A DNA stretch of 64,000 nt from Candidatus Hydrogenedentota bacterium (GTDB lineage: Bacteria > Hydrogenedentota > Hydrogenedentia > Hydrogenedentales > SLHB01), in the NCBI GenBank assembly GCA_963668025.2, contig CAXXTH010000017.1, forward strand, positions 256,001 through 320,000, written 5' to 3'. A model generated the notes under the pieces. That model ran no database searches and was not told the DNA's origin. It worked only from the letters and a program-made list of their open reading frames with translations. The position numbers and the translations under genes were made by a program. Below are positions 20,152 to 29,753 of the stretch, piece by piece. The number at the start of each line of letters is the position of its first letter. The first letter of the stretch is position 1.

Positions 20152-21297
20152 ATGCCAACAAATAAACCGAAATCACTCCGCATGCGTGTGGTGTCTGGCG
20201 GGCCGTTTCAACGGCCCGCGGAACCCTACGAGCCTTGTTTCCGCCCGCCAGACGCTTCGAGGGCCGTGCAATTGCGGGCGTGTTTTCCGATTGCCGAGGC
20301 TGCGGGGCCAGGTACGGATTTCACGCGGATGCGGCGGCTTATGAATTGGGTGCGCAGCCGCTGGAATCATGGCTTCTCGACGGATGTGGGCGGCGCGGAC
20401 GCCCACATCTTGCTCGAAGCGGCGGCACAGGGCGCATCGTTTTGCTGCGGCCATTACGCCCACACGCTGGTCCAATGCGCCGTTTCGCTTGGCATCCCCG
20501 CGCGGGTGGTGAATTTATCCCGAAAAACCGCCGATTTCCCCTATGGATGCAAAGGCAATTTCGGCCATGTTGCAGCGGAAGCGTACTGCCGCGAAGCGGG
20601 GAAGTGGGTGCTGTTTGACGCCGATTTGAATTGCCATTTCGCACGCGGCGGCGAACCGCTCCATGCGCTGGATTTGCATCGGGCGTGGCATGGCGGCCAA
20701 GTGGACGGGATCGAGCAAGTCTTGGATGAGCCTTTTTTTGTGCAACCCCAGCCTTGCCAAGGCTATACCGCCGCGGACGTGCGCGGATTCTGGCGCGATT
20801 TTACGCGGCATCGCTCCATTGATTTCTACCACCATATTCAGACCTCGCTGGCGCAAGGCTTTACAGAGCAGGAGACGCCGGGAATGCCGGATCGCGTCCT
20901 GTGGTTTTCAGGCGAAGCGCACCCGCTCATGGCCATAAATTTCAGCGGCGACCTTGATCTCGACGCCCATGTGCTTACGGCTCGGGAAGAGCAGTTTAAC
21001 TGGCCTATCCAGCGCACCTATATCTTGGCGCATATGCTCGGAGAAACGCCCTCGCGCCGTGTTGAAGTGCGGCTGCAACACACCATGCCATTCTTCAGCT
21101 ATTTCGAGCTGGCGGTGAACAATGGCCCCTTTCGGCGCATGCCAGGGAATTACCACGTGTTGAATCTGCCCGATGGCCGTACGAAGGTGCGCGCCCGGTG
21201 TGTGGATGTTCTCGGGCTTCCTGGACATGAGGCGCATCTGGTGATTGAAGTGAAGGCGCTTGAGAGAAAGCCCCAGCGCCCAAAGAACCGAGGGTGA
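20152..21297 (+). CDS. Transglutaminase-like (papain-fold) domain protein
   Basis: LMNWVRSRW, FCCGHYA (Cys), GHVAAEAY (His), WVLFDAD (Asp) triad pattern. Confidence 0.7.
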   Translation: MPTNKPKSLRMRVVSGGPFQRPAEPYEPCFRPPDASRAVQLRACFPIAEAAGPGTDFTRMRRLMNWVRSRWNHGFSTDVGGADAHILLEAAAQGASFCCGHYAHTLVQCAVSLGIPARVVNLSRKTADFPYGCKGNFGHVAAEAYCREAGKWVLFDADLNCHFARGGEPLHALDLHRAWHGGQVDGIEQVLDEPFFVQPQPCQGYTAADVRGFWRDFTRHRSIDFYHHIQTSLAQGFTEQETPGMPDRVLWFSGEAHPLMAINFSGDLDLDAHVLTAREEQFNWPIQRTYILAHMLGETPSRRVEVRLQHTMPFFSYFELAVNNGPFRRMPGNYHVLNLPDGRTKVRARCVDVLGLPGHEAHLVIEVKALERKPQRPKNRG

Positions 21298-21823
21298 ATC
21301 CAGATGCCCGCCAGCAGTGATGCTTTACCCTTTTCTCCAAAACGTTCGAATCCAAGATTTGTAGGGTTGGGCTTACCCCACCGCTGCCTGCAATATAGTT
21401 ACACGCAGTTCTTTTTCCATATGTCATCCTCCTGTCCTAGCATAACAGAATTAAAGCATAAACGCACCAATATGTCTACTAAAATCTACTCTACCTACTT
21501 AAAAAGAAACACACGCTCACTACCAACTCAGTGTAAAATGGAGAAACCCCAGGCGGCAGTTTGATGCCGTTTTGGGGGTGCGGATTTCATGTGAATGCGA
21601 TTTTTCGACTCTGGGGAGATATAAAGCCGGGCATGGGGCATTTGGGGAAGACCCTCTCAAGAAATGCGCCCGTTAATGCAGAGGTATATACAACATGCAA
21701 AACGGTCGAATCTAGAACATAACTATTTGATATACATTGGTTAAAAATATAACTTTGGCAACTATGCAATGAATGTCGTTTGAGGGAATGCGGTTCGTAA
21801 CTATTAACAAGGAGAAAAAAAAC

Positions 21824-22024
21824 ATGGCGAATACTTTCAGGATTTCCCTTTGGTCGGGCGGCAAGGCCGTCATGGTCCACTACATCAACGAAACCCCAAA
21901 AATGAGCGAAGGCATCTGCGCGTTCCGGCTTGATGACGGCACTATCATCCGCATCATGGGCACCGTGTCCATCGAAGAAGGCACGTTCGCGGAACGTCCT
22001 ATCAGCGGACGGATCGGGCGGTAG
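21824..22024 (+). CDS. Small hypothetical protein (66 aa)
   Basis: AAGGAG RBS; host-like codon usage inside an AT-rich surround; MANTFRISLWSGGK...GTVSIEEG. Confidence 0.6.
   Translation: MANTFRISLWSGGKAVMVHYINETPKMSEGICAFRLDDGTIIRIMGTVSIEEGTFAERPISGRIGR
21978..22024 (+). repeat. 47-bp direct repeat, copy 1 (3' end of the small gene)
   Basis: aaggcacgttcgcggaacgtcctatcagcggacggatcgggcggtag; 40/47 identical to 23626-23672. Confidence 0.8.
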
Positions 22025-22523
22025 AAAGTATGCCAATCCGCGTGGCATGGGTGCCTTGCCCATGCCACGCAGAGTATATTTCTTGGCATCCGGAAGTACA
22101 CGGTTTTGCCATATTTGGTCTCTGTGAGGCTTGTTCATGACTTGCGTGATTGGCATCAATCAAGTAAATTCATACAGAATAGGCCCCCTTTTGAAGCTTT
22201 CATCATGCCGCCAGTTCTCTAGACTGTTGATGATATATGGCTGTACGTCAATAACACTATTCGCTACACAACCGACAAAAGACGTGGCAAGATCGTAAAA
22301 TACGTGGCCCTGTGCGCTACGAAAGGAAAAGAAAAATGATTAAAGGAATCCTTTATAAACTTGCATTGACTATCGGTTTGCTTTATTTGGTTATGATGGC
22401 ACTTGGCTTACTCGCAGTTGGGTTCGCTTGGCTACACAATATTTTGCATCCATAAGTGAAAGATGAAGAAGATTTATTAATCAGATTGTATCTTGATTAG
22501 TTGCATGGAGATCACTCTTCCCA

Positions 22524-23618
22524 ATGGATGCATTAACGAAGAATAGCGGCGTTCTTAACGGAGAACCTAGAAAATTAGACTATCGGGTGAGCGACCCCAA
22601 GAACAGTCCGCAACTTGACGTTTGGCAACAAAAATGGCTCGGTGCGCTCCCTCAAGTGCTGAACAGTTACAATCTATCTGCATACTCGGCCGAGTTTCTG
22701 CGCGCCAATGAGAACATCGTCTTTGGCGTGACGGAGAAGGAATCCGGCAACCGGTACGCCTTACGCCTGCACGACTCGAAGAACGGCGCATTCAGTCAAC
22801 TCCGCCGCGATGCCGCCTCCATCACCTCCGAACTGTTGTGGCTCGAAGCCCTTGCAAAAGAAACCGATGTTATTGCGCCACAACCGGTACGCACCATAGA
22901 CGGCGAACTGACGGTGGAAATCCTCCTCGACTCCTCGGACGGATGTATTAATGGTTCGCTCTTACGTTGGGTTGATGGCTCCAATTTCGACAAGGCCGTT
23001 CCCAACGCCGCATGGCTCGTGCGCGAAATCGGACGCACGCTTGCCCGCCTAGAGGAGCATGGCCGCTCATGGAATAAACCCGAAGGCTTCACCCGCCCCA
23101 CTTACGATCGGAGATACTTGGAGGAATCACTGCGCGTCATCTCCGATGGCATTCCTCTAAATGTCTTGAACGAAGCAGATTACGATATCATCAGCCGAAC
23201 CGCCCAGCATGTAGCTTCGGTCATGGACGAGCTTGGCGCGGGCAGCGAGGTATGGGGGCTTGGCCACTTTGACTTGGGAAGCAGCAATTGCCTCGTATTC
23301 GGAGAAGCCATTCGGCCGATTGACTTTTCCCTCTGTGGTTTCGGACATTATCTTTTCGATCTTGCCACCGCGATGGGCGATCTCCCGGTTGCGCATCGCG
23401 GGCCTTGCCTGGCGGGATATCGGGAAGCCACCGGCATGCCTAACGGCTATGTCCCATTGCTCGACGTATTTCTGATGATGAGCATCTTCAACTGCTGGGC
23501 GTTCCACATCCGCGACGAAAACCAACACCACTGGCTGAAACCACATATCGCGAAAGTGGTGCGGAATAAGTGCCCACTGGTATTGAACGGCGAGTCGTTT
23601 ATCCTGCGGATTCCATAA
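22524..23618 (+). CDS. Phosphotransferase, APH / homoserine kinase type II family
   Basis: ENIVF, YALRLH, SELLWLEAL, Brenner-like HFDLGSSN, PIDFSLCG..YLFDLA. Confidence 0.85.
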   Translation: MDALTKNSGVLNGEPRKLDYRVSDPKNSPQLDVWQQKWLGALPQVLNSYNLSAYSAEFLRANENIVFGVTEKESGNRYALRLHDSKNGAFSQLRRDAASITSELLWLEALAKETDVIAPQPVRTIDGELTVEILLDSSDGCINGSLLRWVDGSNFDKAVPNAAWLVREIGRTLARLEEHGRSWNKPEGFTRPTYDRRYLEESLRVISDGIPLNVLNEADYDIISRTAQHVASVMDELGAGSEVWGLGHFDLGSSNCLVFGEAIRPIDFSLCGFGHYLFDLATAMGDLPVAHRGPCLAGYREATGMPNGYVPLLDVFLMMSIFNCWAFHIRDENQHHWLKPHIAKVVRNKCPLVLNGESFILRIP

Positions 23619-23625
23619 CGCGATA

Positions 23626-23672
23626 AAGGCGCCTTCGTGGAATGTCCTATCAGCGGACGGCTCGGGGGATAG
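23626..23672 (+). repeat. 47-bp direct repeat, copy 2
   Basis: aaggcgccttcgtggaatgtcctatcagcggacggctcgggggatag. Confidence 0.8.
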
Positions 23673-23722
23673 CGCTTAAGGCTAAAGCACTCACCGTTCA
23701 GGGGATGCTATTCCGAGGCTGT

Positions 23723-24796
23723 TCATTTCTCTCGCTGGTAGACATGGATAGTGCTCCGGAATCGATCATAGGGGCCTTCCGGTTTTTCTTTCGGAAACAG
23801 CACCCACGCTAAAATGGACTCTTGGCCTTTCCCATCGAGGTCCACCGCACCAATGCTGCGTATGCTACCCTTTTCAAGTGAAACCAGCGCTTCTCCTGGC
23901 GACCAATTTCCGTTCGACAACTCATATACAACAATCTTTCTTGATTGCTCCATCAACAGGTTGCTCTTTCCTCTATCTTTCCAGACCGCAAGGCCCGGCG
24001 CCGCGTCCAGTTCAATGTTCGGATCCAGAGCAAGCCACGCCTCCGGCTCCTTGGCCCATTGATTATCTACCCAGGTGTACGCGGACAAATAGGGAGCACG
24101 CATAGTCGGGCTTTCATGTTCCCGTATTCCTCGTCCTTCCAGCACGGCTGCTTTCTGCCGGTGGTCCCCGTCAAAGTCGGCTATCACGACACTGCCCACC
24201 AGAGGATGGCCGCCTGACTCGCCGAGCACCTTCAGTTCGCCGCCTTCCACGCGCGCCATCACCAAAGAGCCTTCCCAATACTCCTCAGCTGCTTCCTCGA
24301 CACGATAGTAGACGATCTCGCTTTTGCCATCGCCATCCATGTCACCTACCGCAAGGCCCCGAAAATCGTCCCCGTTTGGAATGGGATACAGCGTCGTTTC
24401 CAGTGCGCTATCTTTCAATCTTGCGGAAAGAAGTACATGATGTTGCTGCGACGCAGGCAAATAACCCATGAAGGCAAATTCTGGGATTTGATCGTGATCA
24501 ATGTCCCCATATGCCGCTCCGCTGGGAGAAAAACTATCGGAGGTTTCCGTGATACGACTCAGACCAGTCCTATTCAGGTGCGATATCGCTATATGCGGGA
24601 AAGATGCATCGATACGCACGATGCTTGCCAACATTGCAGGCTCATTTTTGTTGGCAGAGACAGTAGGCATATTCCCGTCCGGAAAATAAAATACGCTTTT
24701 TTCACCTTCCCATATATATTTGAGTGAAACGGTTGATTCTTCCGTATATGCCCACACAGGTAAACACAGCATGAAAAGCAGCGCCAGCCGGTTCAT
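23723..24796 (-). CDS. Exported FG-GAP/VCBS repeat protein, paralogue B
   Basis: Signal peptide; GDMDGDGKSEI, EEYWEGSLVMARVEGGELK, C-terminal VYQREK shared with the other paralogues. Confidence 0.8.
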   Translation of the reverse strand: MNRLALLFMLCLPVWAYTEESTVSLKYIWEGEKSVFYFPDGNMPTVSANKNEPAMLASIVRIDASFPHIAISHLNRTGLSRITETSDSFSPSGAAYGDIDHDQIPEFAFMGYLPASQQHHVLLSARLKDSALETTLYPIPNGDDFRGLAVGDMDGDGKSEIVYYRVEEAAEEYWEGSLVMARVEGGELKVLGESGGHPLVGSVVIADFDGDHRQKAAVLEGRGIREHESPTMRAPYLSAYTWVDNQWAKEPEAWLALDPNIELDAAPGLAVWKDRGKSNLLMEQSRKIVVYELSNGNWSPGEALVSLEKGSIRSIGAVDLDGKGQESILAWVLFPKEKPEGPYDRFRSTIHVYQREK

Positions 24797-24971
24797 CGCC
24801 GTTCCCTCCTGCCCACACGCAGTGGGCCATCCCTTCGCTTCGACGGGGAAAATGGTTTACTGCATATACTATACGAACAATAATTGGAAAGTTGCGGAGA
24901 AACGTGTCTATGTCTTTACCACGAATGGACGCCAATGGGCACGAATGCCTTTCCCTTTGACACGCAAGTAA

Positions 24972-25011
24972 AACGCCAGAGGCCTTCCTATGGAAAAGCC
25001 CCTGGCGTATT
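24972..25011. repeat. 40-bp identical hairpin repeat separating array genes (second copy 26264-26303)
   Basis: aacgccagaggccttcctatggaaaagcccctggcgtatt repeated exactly with a 1292-bp period; can fold into a stem-loop. Confidence 0.85.
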
Positions 25012-25038
25012 CTCTCTAGTTTTTTTATAAAAACCGGT

Positions 25039-26091
25039 TCAGTTCTCTCGCTGGTAGACATACATGGCAGGTTGGCCAAGATTGTCAGGTTCATTACCAG
25101 GCAAATGCACCCATGCCAATATGGATTCCTTGCCTTTGCCTTCCAGATCAGTGGCTCCGAGGCATCTGATGCTCCCCTTATCGATTGTGGCGACCACTTC
25201 CCCGTCAGACCATTTGCCTTCCGACATCTCGTAGGCCTTAATGGTCTGGTAAGACGCCACCAGCGCCTTCGGTTTGCCGCCGTCTTTCCATGCGACAAGA
25301 CTCGGTGACTCGCACAAATCTATACTTGGATCTACCGGAAGCATCGCCTTTGGTTCTTTGGCCCATTGGCCATCCACCCAGGAATAGGCCGCCAAGTGGG
25401 GGGCGCGCTCATAAATTTCCTCATTCTTCCCCAAACCATGCCCCTCCAGCACGGCCACTTCCCGCTGGTTGTCGCCATCAAAATCGGCAATCGCAATGCT
25501 TCCCACCATACGGTGCCCGTTTGATTCGCCCAGGGTCTTCAATTCACCGCCCTCGACGCGCGCCATCACCAAGGAACCTTCCCAATACTCTTCTCCAACT
25601 TTATCTTTTCGATAGTAGACAACTTCATTGTTACCATCGCCGTCCATGTCGCCCACCGCAATGCCCCGGTAACTAGATCCCTTCTCGATAGGATAGACAG
25701 TACTCGCGAGTTCGTCGCCCTCAAGTCTAGCAGCAACAATCACACGGGCATTTGAATCGCGTATAAATCCGATGAATATGAACTCGGATTTGCCATCATG
25801 GTCAATGTCGCCGTAGGCGGCTCCATTAGGGTAGAAATCTTCGGCTTTTTCAGCAAGACGCTGCATCCCTGAATTGCTTATTCGCCATAGAGATAAGACG
25901 CGGGTCACGGTGTTGCAATCGGCCAGCATGGAAGGTCTATCGATTCCGGCAGGGGACAGCGGTATATTGAGTACAAGAGACGGAGATATATCCGTTTTCT
26001 CTCGCCATATGCTTTTGAGCGGAACTGTTGATTCGTCTGCATATGCACAAGCGGCCAAACACACCAAGAGCAACCATATGAGCCGGTTCAT
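25039..26091 (-). CDS. Exported FG-GAP/VCBS repeat protein, paralogue C
   Basis: MNRLIWLLL signal peptide, RBS CAGGAGG; same length (350 aa) as paralogue A and its closest match by eye. Confidence 0.8.
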   Translation of the reverse strand: MNRLIWLLLVCLAACAYADESTVPLKSIWREKTDISPSLVLNIPLSPAGIDRPSMLADCNTVTRVLSLWRISNSGMQRLAEKAEDFYPNGAAYGDIDHDGKSEFIFIGFIRDSNARVIVAARLEGDELASTVYPIEKGSSYRGIAVGDMDGDGNNEVVYYRKDKVGEEYWEGSLVMARVEGGELKTLGESNGHRMVGSIAIADFDGDNQREVAVLEGHGLGKNEEIYERAPHLAAYSWVDGQWAKEPKAMLPVDPSIDLCESPSLVAWKDGGKPKALVASYQTIKAYEMSEGKWSDGEVVATIDKGSIRCLGATDLEGKGKESILAWVHLPGNEPDNLGQPAMYVYQREN

Positions 26092-26263
26092 CGTCGTTCC
26101 CTCCTGTCCATATGTAATGGACAATATCTCTACATCAACGGGCAAAAATTCTCATGAGATATATGATACTAGCAATACTCGGGAAGTTTCACGAAACCAA
26201 AGTTTTTCGATCACCAATACACGCCAATGGGCACGAATGCCTAGCTATTCGCCATACAAGCAG

Positions 26264-26303
26264 AACGCCAGAGGCCTTCCTATGGAAAAGCCCCTGGCGT
26301 ATT
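26264..26303. repeat. 40-bp identical hairpin repeat, copy 2
   Basis: Exact match to 24972-25011. Confidence 0.85.
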
Positions 26304-26327
26304 GCCTATTAGCAAAGCCGAAGCCGG

Positions 26328-27394
26328 TCAATTTTCTCGCTGATAGACATACATGGCGTATTGATTTCGGCTAGGCTTGCCATCCTTTTCCTTGTTTGGA
26401 ACCTGAATCCACGCTAAGATAGAATCGCTTCCATCGCCTTTGAGGTCCACCGCTCCAATATTCTTCACATCGCCTGCTCCAATAGTGAAAAGCGCGGTTG
26501 GAGCCGTCCATGCGCCGCTTTGCATGTCATCGGCATATATGGTTTGCCCGTGAAGCAATATGATTTTCTGATTACCGCGATCATTCCATCGGGCAAGCAT
26601 GGGCGGGGGCATGAAATCCCAAGTGGTATCGAGAGGCAGCGCCGCTTTGGGCTCCGTGTTCCATTTGCCATCGCTCCAGGAATATGCAGCCAAGAATGGC
26701 GCATAGCTACGATGGGTTTGCCCAACGTCTCGACCCTGCACTACGGCTGCTTCCGGCCGGTTGTCGCCATCGAAATCTCCAACCACCACACTGTCAACCA
26801 ACGGAAGCTTGGGCAGTTCCCCGAGTATGTTCACCTCGCCTCCCTCGATGCGCGCCATGACCAGTGTCCCCTCCCAGTATTCATCCATGAGGCTATCGAC
26901 TCGGTAATAGACGATTTCGTCACGTCCATCGCCATCCATGTCGCCAACGGAAATGCCTCGGAAGCTATGGCTCTTCGGAATGGGATATAACGTTGATTTG
27001 GATGTTTCTCCATCCATTCTTACAGCAAGAATCACTTGCTGCCCGGTGCCCACTGGAATGCCAATGAAGATGAACTCCGGAATGCTATCGCCGTTTATAT
27101 CGCCATACGCTGACCCGTTTATAATGAACTGGCTCGGGATGCTTTTTGAGCGGTTTAAGCCGGTTTCACTCATATTCCAGAACGTTAGTTCGGATGGTTT
27201 TGGGAAGAGATGGTCTCAGCCATGAAGATCGCCGGGGCATCGCCTTTTGCGGGAACAGTCGATATCGCCTTAAACGGCGGCAAAGTGCATCCTTCTTCCG
27301 CTTTCCATGTATGTTTCAAGATAATGTTAGGTTCTTCGGCAAAGAGTGACAAGGAAAAGGTTAAGTACACCAAAAGTGCTACCTTCATTTTCAT
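26328..27394 (-). pseudogene. FG-GAP paralogue D, split by a frameshift near 27200
   Basis: Signal-peptide ORF 27394-27185 stops; the -1 frame continues KPSELTFWNMSETGLNR, matching KKPGLALWQINKSGFQR of paralogue A; may be an assembly error. Confidence 0.7.
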
Positions 27395-27472
27395 ATTACA
27401 TTCCTCCTTACTTAGAAAAAATATTACATTTTATCTAGAGTGACCCACAAAACGATTGGAATAGGCTAATTT

Positions 27473-28696
27473 TTAAAATGGAAGATTGTCGTAGTCCATC
27501 CAGTCTACATGCAAAGCATTGTGTGGATCTAGACCTCCGCACCAATAAAAGTAGTGTTCATTCAGCACGCCGAGAATTACATCCTCGATGTAGTCAACAT
27601 CATCAGTTCTTCCCGGATTATTGCTATCTGGTATAGGCGATAAATCAATAGCATAACCATATTGGTGTACACTTTCCCAAGATGATCCTTGTAGTGTTTC
27701 ATTATATTCAGGATTTCGATATCCTTCATTAATAGGTAAGTTTGCGCTAGGATTATTTGCCCATGTTCTGTACATTTGGACAAAGGTATCATATTCAGAA
27801 AGTACAATTGTTCGAAGCAGAATAACAGCTCCGCTAAACCAGTCCCGTGGGGGCACCTTTATGTCGTGATCGACGTACATTTGCCGTATCTTATCTGTTG
27901 CACTCTGAGTAGAAGTGCTTGCTAATGATATGTTTGCAACGGTCGCTTGTACGCGAATCGTCCAATTTTCGGGCCGGTTTGTCGCTCTAGGATCGTGATC
28001 TGGCACGGTCGCCGAGGCGGTGAACGTATCTGTATCGCTTGCGCTGGTGGCGCTTATATTGGTCCAAGTTGGCGGGTAGGCCTGTAAAATCCAATCAGCG
28101 GCGTAATTGGTCTTAACAGTTATGACGCAAGAGGTTTCGGTGCTCGTGATAAACGAGGTGTATGTATTTGGACTCCCTGTTGTTACGAGTGTTGGATAAG
28201 GCGAGCGCCCCACTTCAACTGAAGTGATGTTGAAAACTTTGTATTCTCTCCATGCTTGCAATTGTCCATAGCCGTCTATATCTAGTAGACTTCCGACAAC
28301 ATCATCTCCCTTGACCGGAACATCATCCTCAAAAAGTGATGCTCGAAGTGTGGACAAGCTATGATCCATAGGCACATAGTACCTCACAGAAACGCCGGTA
28401 TCTCCATTGATGAAATAGCCGCCTGGGCAATACCATCTCGGCCATCCTGATTTGAGCTGGTCCATCTCCAGTGCATAGGTGTCAAGATTAATATCCAAAT
28501 CCCCGGTTGCCCTAGTTCCCGTAAAAGTAATTATGGAACCCGGGCATATATATTCACAATTTGGGCCTGTTATCGTGCCTGCAAGCAAATCTTGTCCTTG
28601 CCAATTCCCTGTGCCAATTCGAGGAAAGGGGGAATAAGCACCCATGGATGCCGCACAAAACAGCACTATAAGTAGCGTAGAGCATATAGCCTTCAT
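27473..28696 (-). CDS. Secreted protein with C-terminal peptidase M15A-like (Zn D-Ala-D-Ala peptidase / hedgehog fold) domain
   Basis: Signal peptide MKAICSTLLIV; beta-rich Thr/Ser stalk; INEGYRNPEYN..SVHQYGYAIDL..ALHVD (SxHxxGxAxD and HxD Zn ligands); lower GC. Confidence 0.7.
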   Translation of the reverse strand: MKAICSTLLIVLFCAASMGAYSPFPRIGTGNWQGQDLLAGTITGPNCEYICPGSIITFTGTRATGDLDINLDTYALEMDQLKSGWPRWYCPGGYFINGDTGVSVRYYVPMDHSLSTLRASLFEDDVPVKGDDVVGSLLDIDGYGQLQAWREYKVFNITSVEVGRSPYPTLVTTGSPNTYTSFITSTETSCVITVKTNYAADWILQAYPPTWTNISATSASDTDTFTASATVPDHDPRATNRPENWTIRVQATVANISLASTSTQSATDKIRQMYVDHDIKVPPRDWFSGAVILLRTIVLSEYDTFVQMYRTWANNPSANLPINEGYRNPEYNETLQGSSWESVHQYGYAIDLSPIPDSNNPGRTDDVDYIEDVILGVLNEHYFYWCGGLDPHNALHVDWMDYDNLPF

Positions 28697-28746
28697 GATT
28701 TCGCCTCCCGTATAAGCGCCCATTTACCCCGCTGGTTTAAAAGACA

Positions 28747-29616
28747 TCAGTGTTGGATGGAATTGATCTCATCGATTTTCGCCTGCGCTTCTTCGGCGAT
28801 CAGCGTATGGGGATACCCCGCGCAGAATTCTTGCATCCGCTTGAGTGTCAATTCGTCTTCGCCCGGGATGGCATTGAAGTTGATCAACTGCTTGGCGGCT
28901 CCTTCTCGAATATACTGGACATATTGTAGGGTTTCCCCTTTGCGTTCGAAGAAGGATTTGGGCGACAGGAAGGAATATAGAAATTTTTCCGGGAAAAGCT
29001 CCGCCTTGGAGGGGTCTAGATACGCCAGTTTGATGAGAATGGCGTCCGCTTCTTCTTTTCGCCCCAGATCATAGTACACCAGCGCCACATAGATGCGGCA
29101 TGACATGGCGCATCTATCGTATTCGCCCGCGGCGGCGGCCCCCATCTCGAAATAGGGCAGGCAATTCGCACTGCAGAATTCCGTCTCGACGATCTGCTTC
29201 TCTTCTTCCAAGCTCTTCCCCAGCGAGATGTTGCGATGCAGCGAGCCAAGCCGGAAGCAGGTTTCGGCGCGCAGGGCGGGCGTCGGTTCTTCGTTCAATA
29301 CTTGCTGGTAAGCAGCGATGGATTCCTGGCGATCCCAGGTTTCCAGCCTTTCCGCTTTATGGAAATACGTTTCGGCCTTGTATTGGGGATTGGGGGCGAT
29401 CTCGGCGGCGCAGTCATAACACGCCTTCGCTTCTTCGGTTTTTTTGTCGAGCAGAAGCTGCTCCGCCTTTGCGAGCTCATCGGCCCATTTCGTTATTTGT
29501 TGCGGAGATACACATTCCGGCTCTTTTGGAGACTGTGCGCTGGCCGGAAGCCCGGCCATGAGCAGGACAGCGATAGCGAGGAAAACAAGCATTAATGAAA
29601 ACCCATGGCGATTCAT
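28747..29616 (-). CDS. Exported tetratricopeptide-repeat protein, copy 2
   Basis: Paralogue of 14249-15124 (MNRHGFSL.LVFLAI.., YKAETYFHKA, ALRAETCFRLGSLHRNISLGKS). Confidence 0.8.
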   Translation of the reverse strand: MNRHGFSLMLVFLAIAVLLMAGLPASAQSPKEPECVSPQQITKWADELAKAEQLLLDKKTEEAKACYDCAAEIAPNPQYKAETYFHKAERLETWDRQESIAAYQQVLNEEPTPALRAETCFRLGSLHRNISLGKSLEEEKQIVETEFCSANCLPYFEMGAAAAGEYDRCAMSCRIYVALVYYDLGRKEEADAILIKLAYLDPSKAELFPEKFLYSFLSPKSFFERKGETLQYVQYIREGAAKQLINFNAIPGEDELTLKRMQEFCAGYPHTLIAEEAQAKIDEINSIQH

Positions 29617-29657
29617 TGCCCTATCCTCCTTCTTTGGCTGTACCACTTACTAGATGC

Positions 29658-29686
29658 AGTATGTGCCTGTTTTGGAAATCCGTCAA
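29658..29686 (-). promoter_or_regulatory. Sigma70-type promoter of the TPR2-peptidase-FG-GAP cluster
   Basis: Minus strand TTGACG-17-CATACT, same as 14179-14207. Confidence 0.6.
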
Positions 29687-29753
29687 GAACTTTTTTAGCA
29701 CAGGTAGCAGTTGACACATCGGATAAAATTGGAAAAATAGCCGCGTGTTACAT

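Noticed and set aside
27185-27215. Programmed -1 ribosomal frameshift in FG-GAP paralogue D
   Set aside because: In-frame context C CAA AAC is not a canonical X XXY YYZ heptamer, and the paralogues are uninterrupted
14249-29616. Diversity-generating retroelement explaining TPR/FG-GAP variation
   Set aside because: No reverse transcriptase is present, and mismatches between the TPR copies are not confined to adenines
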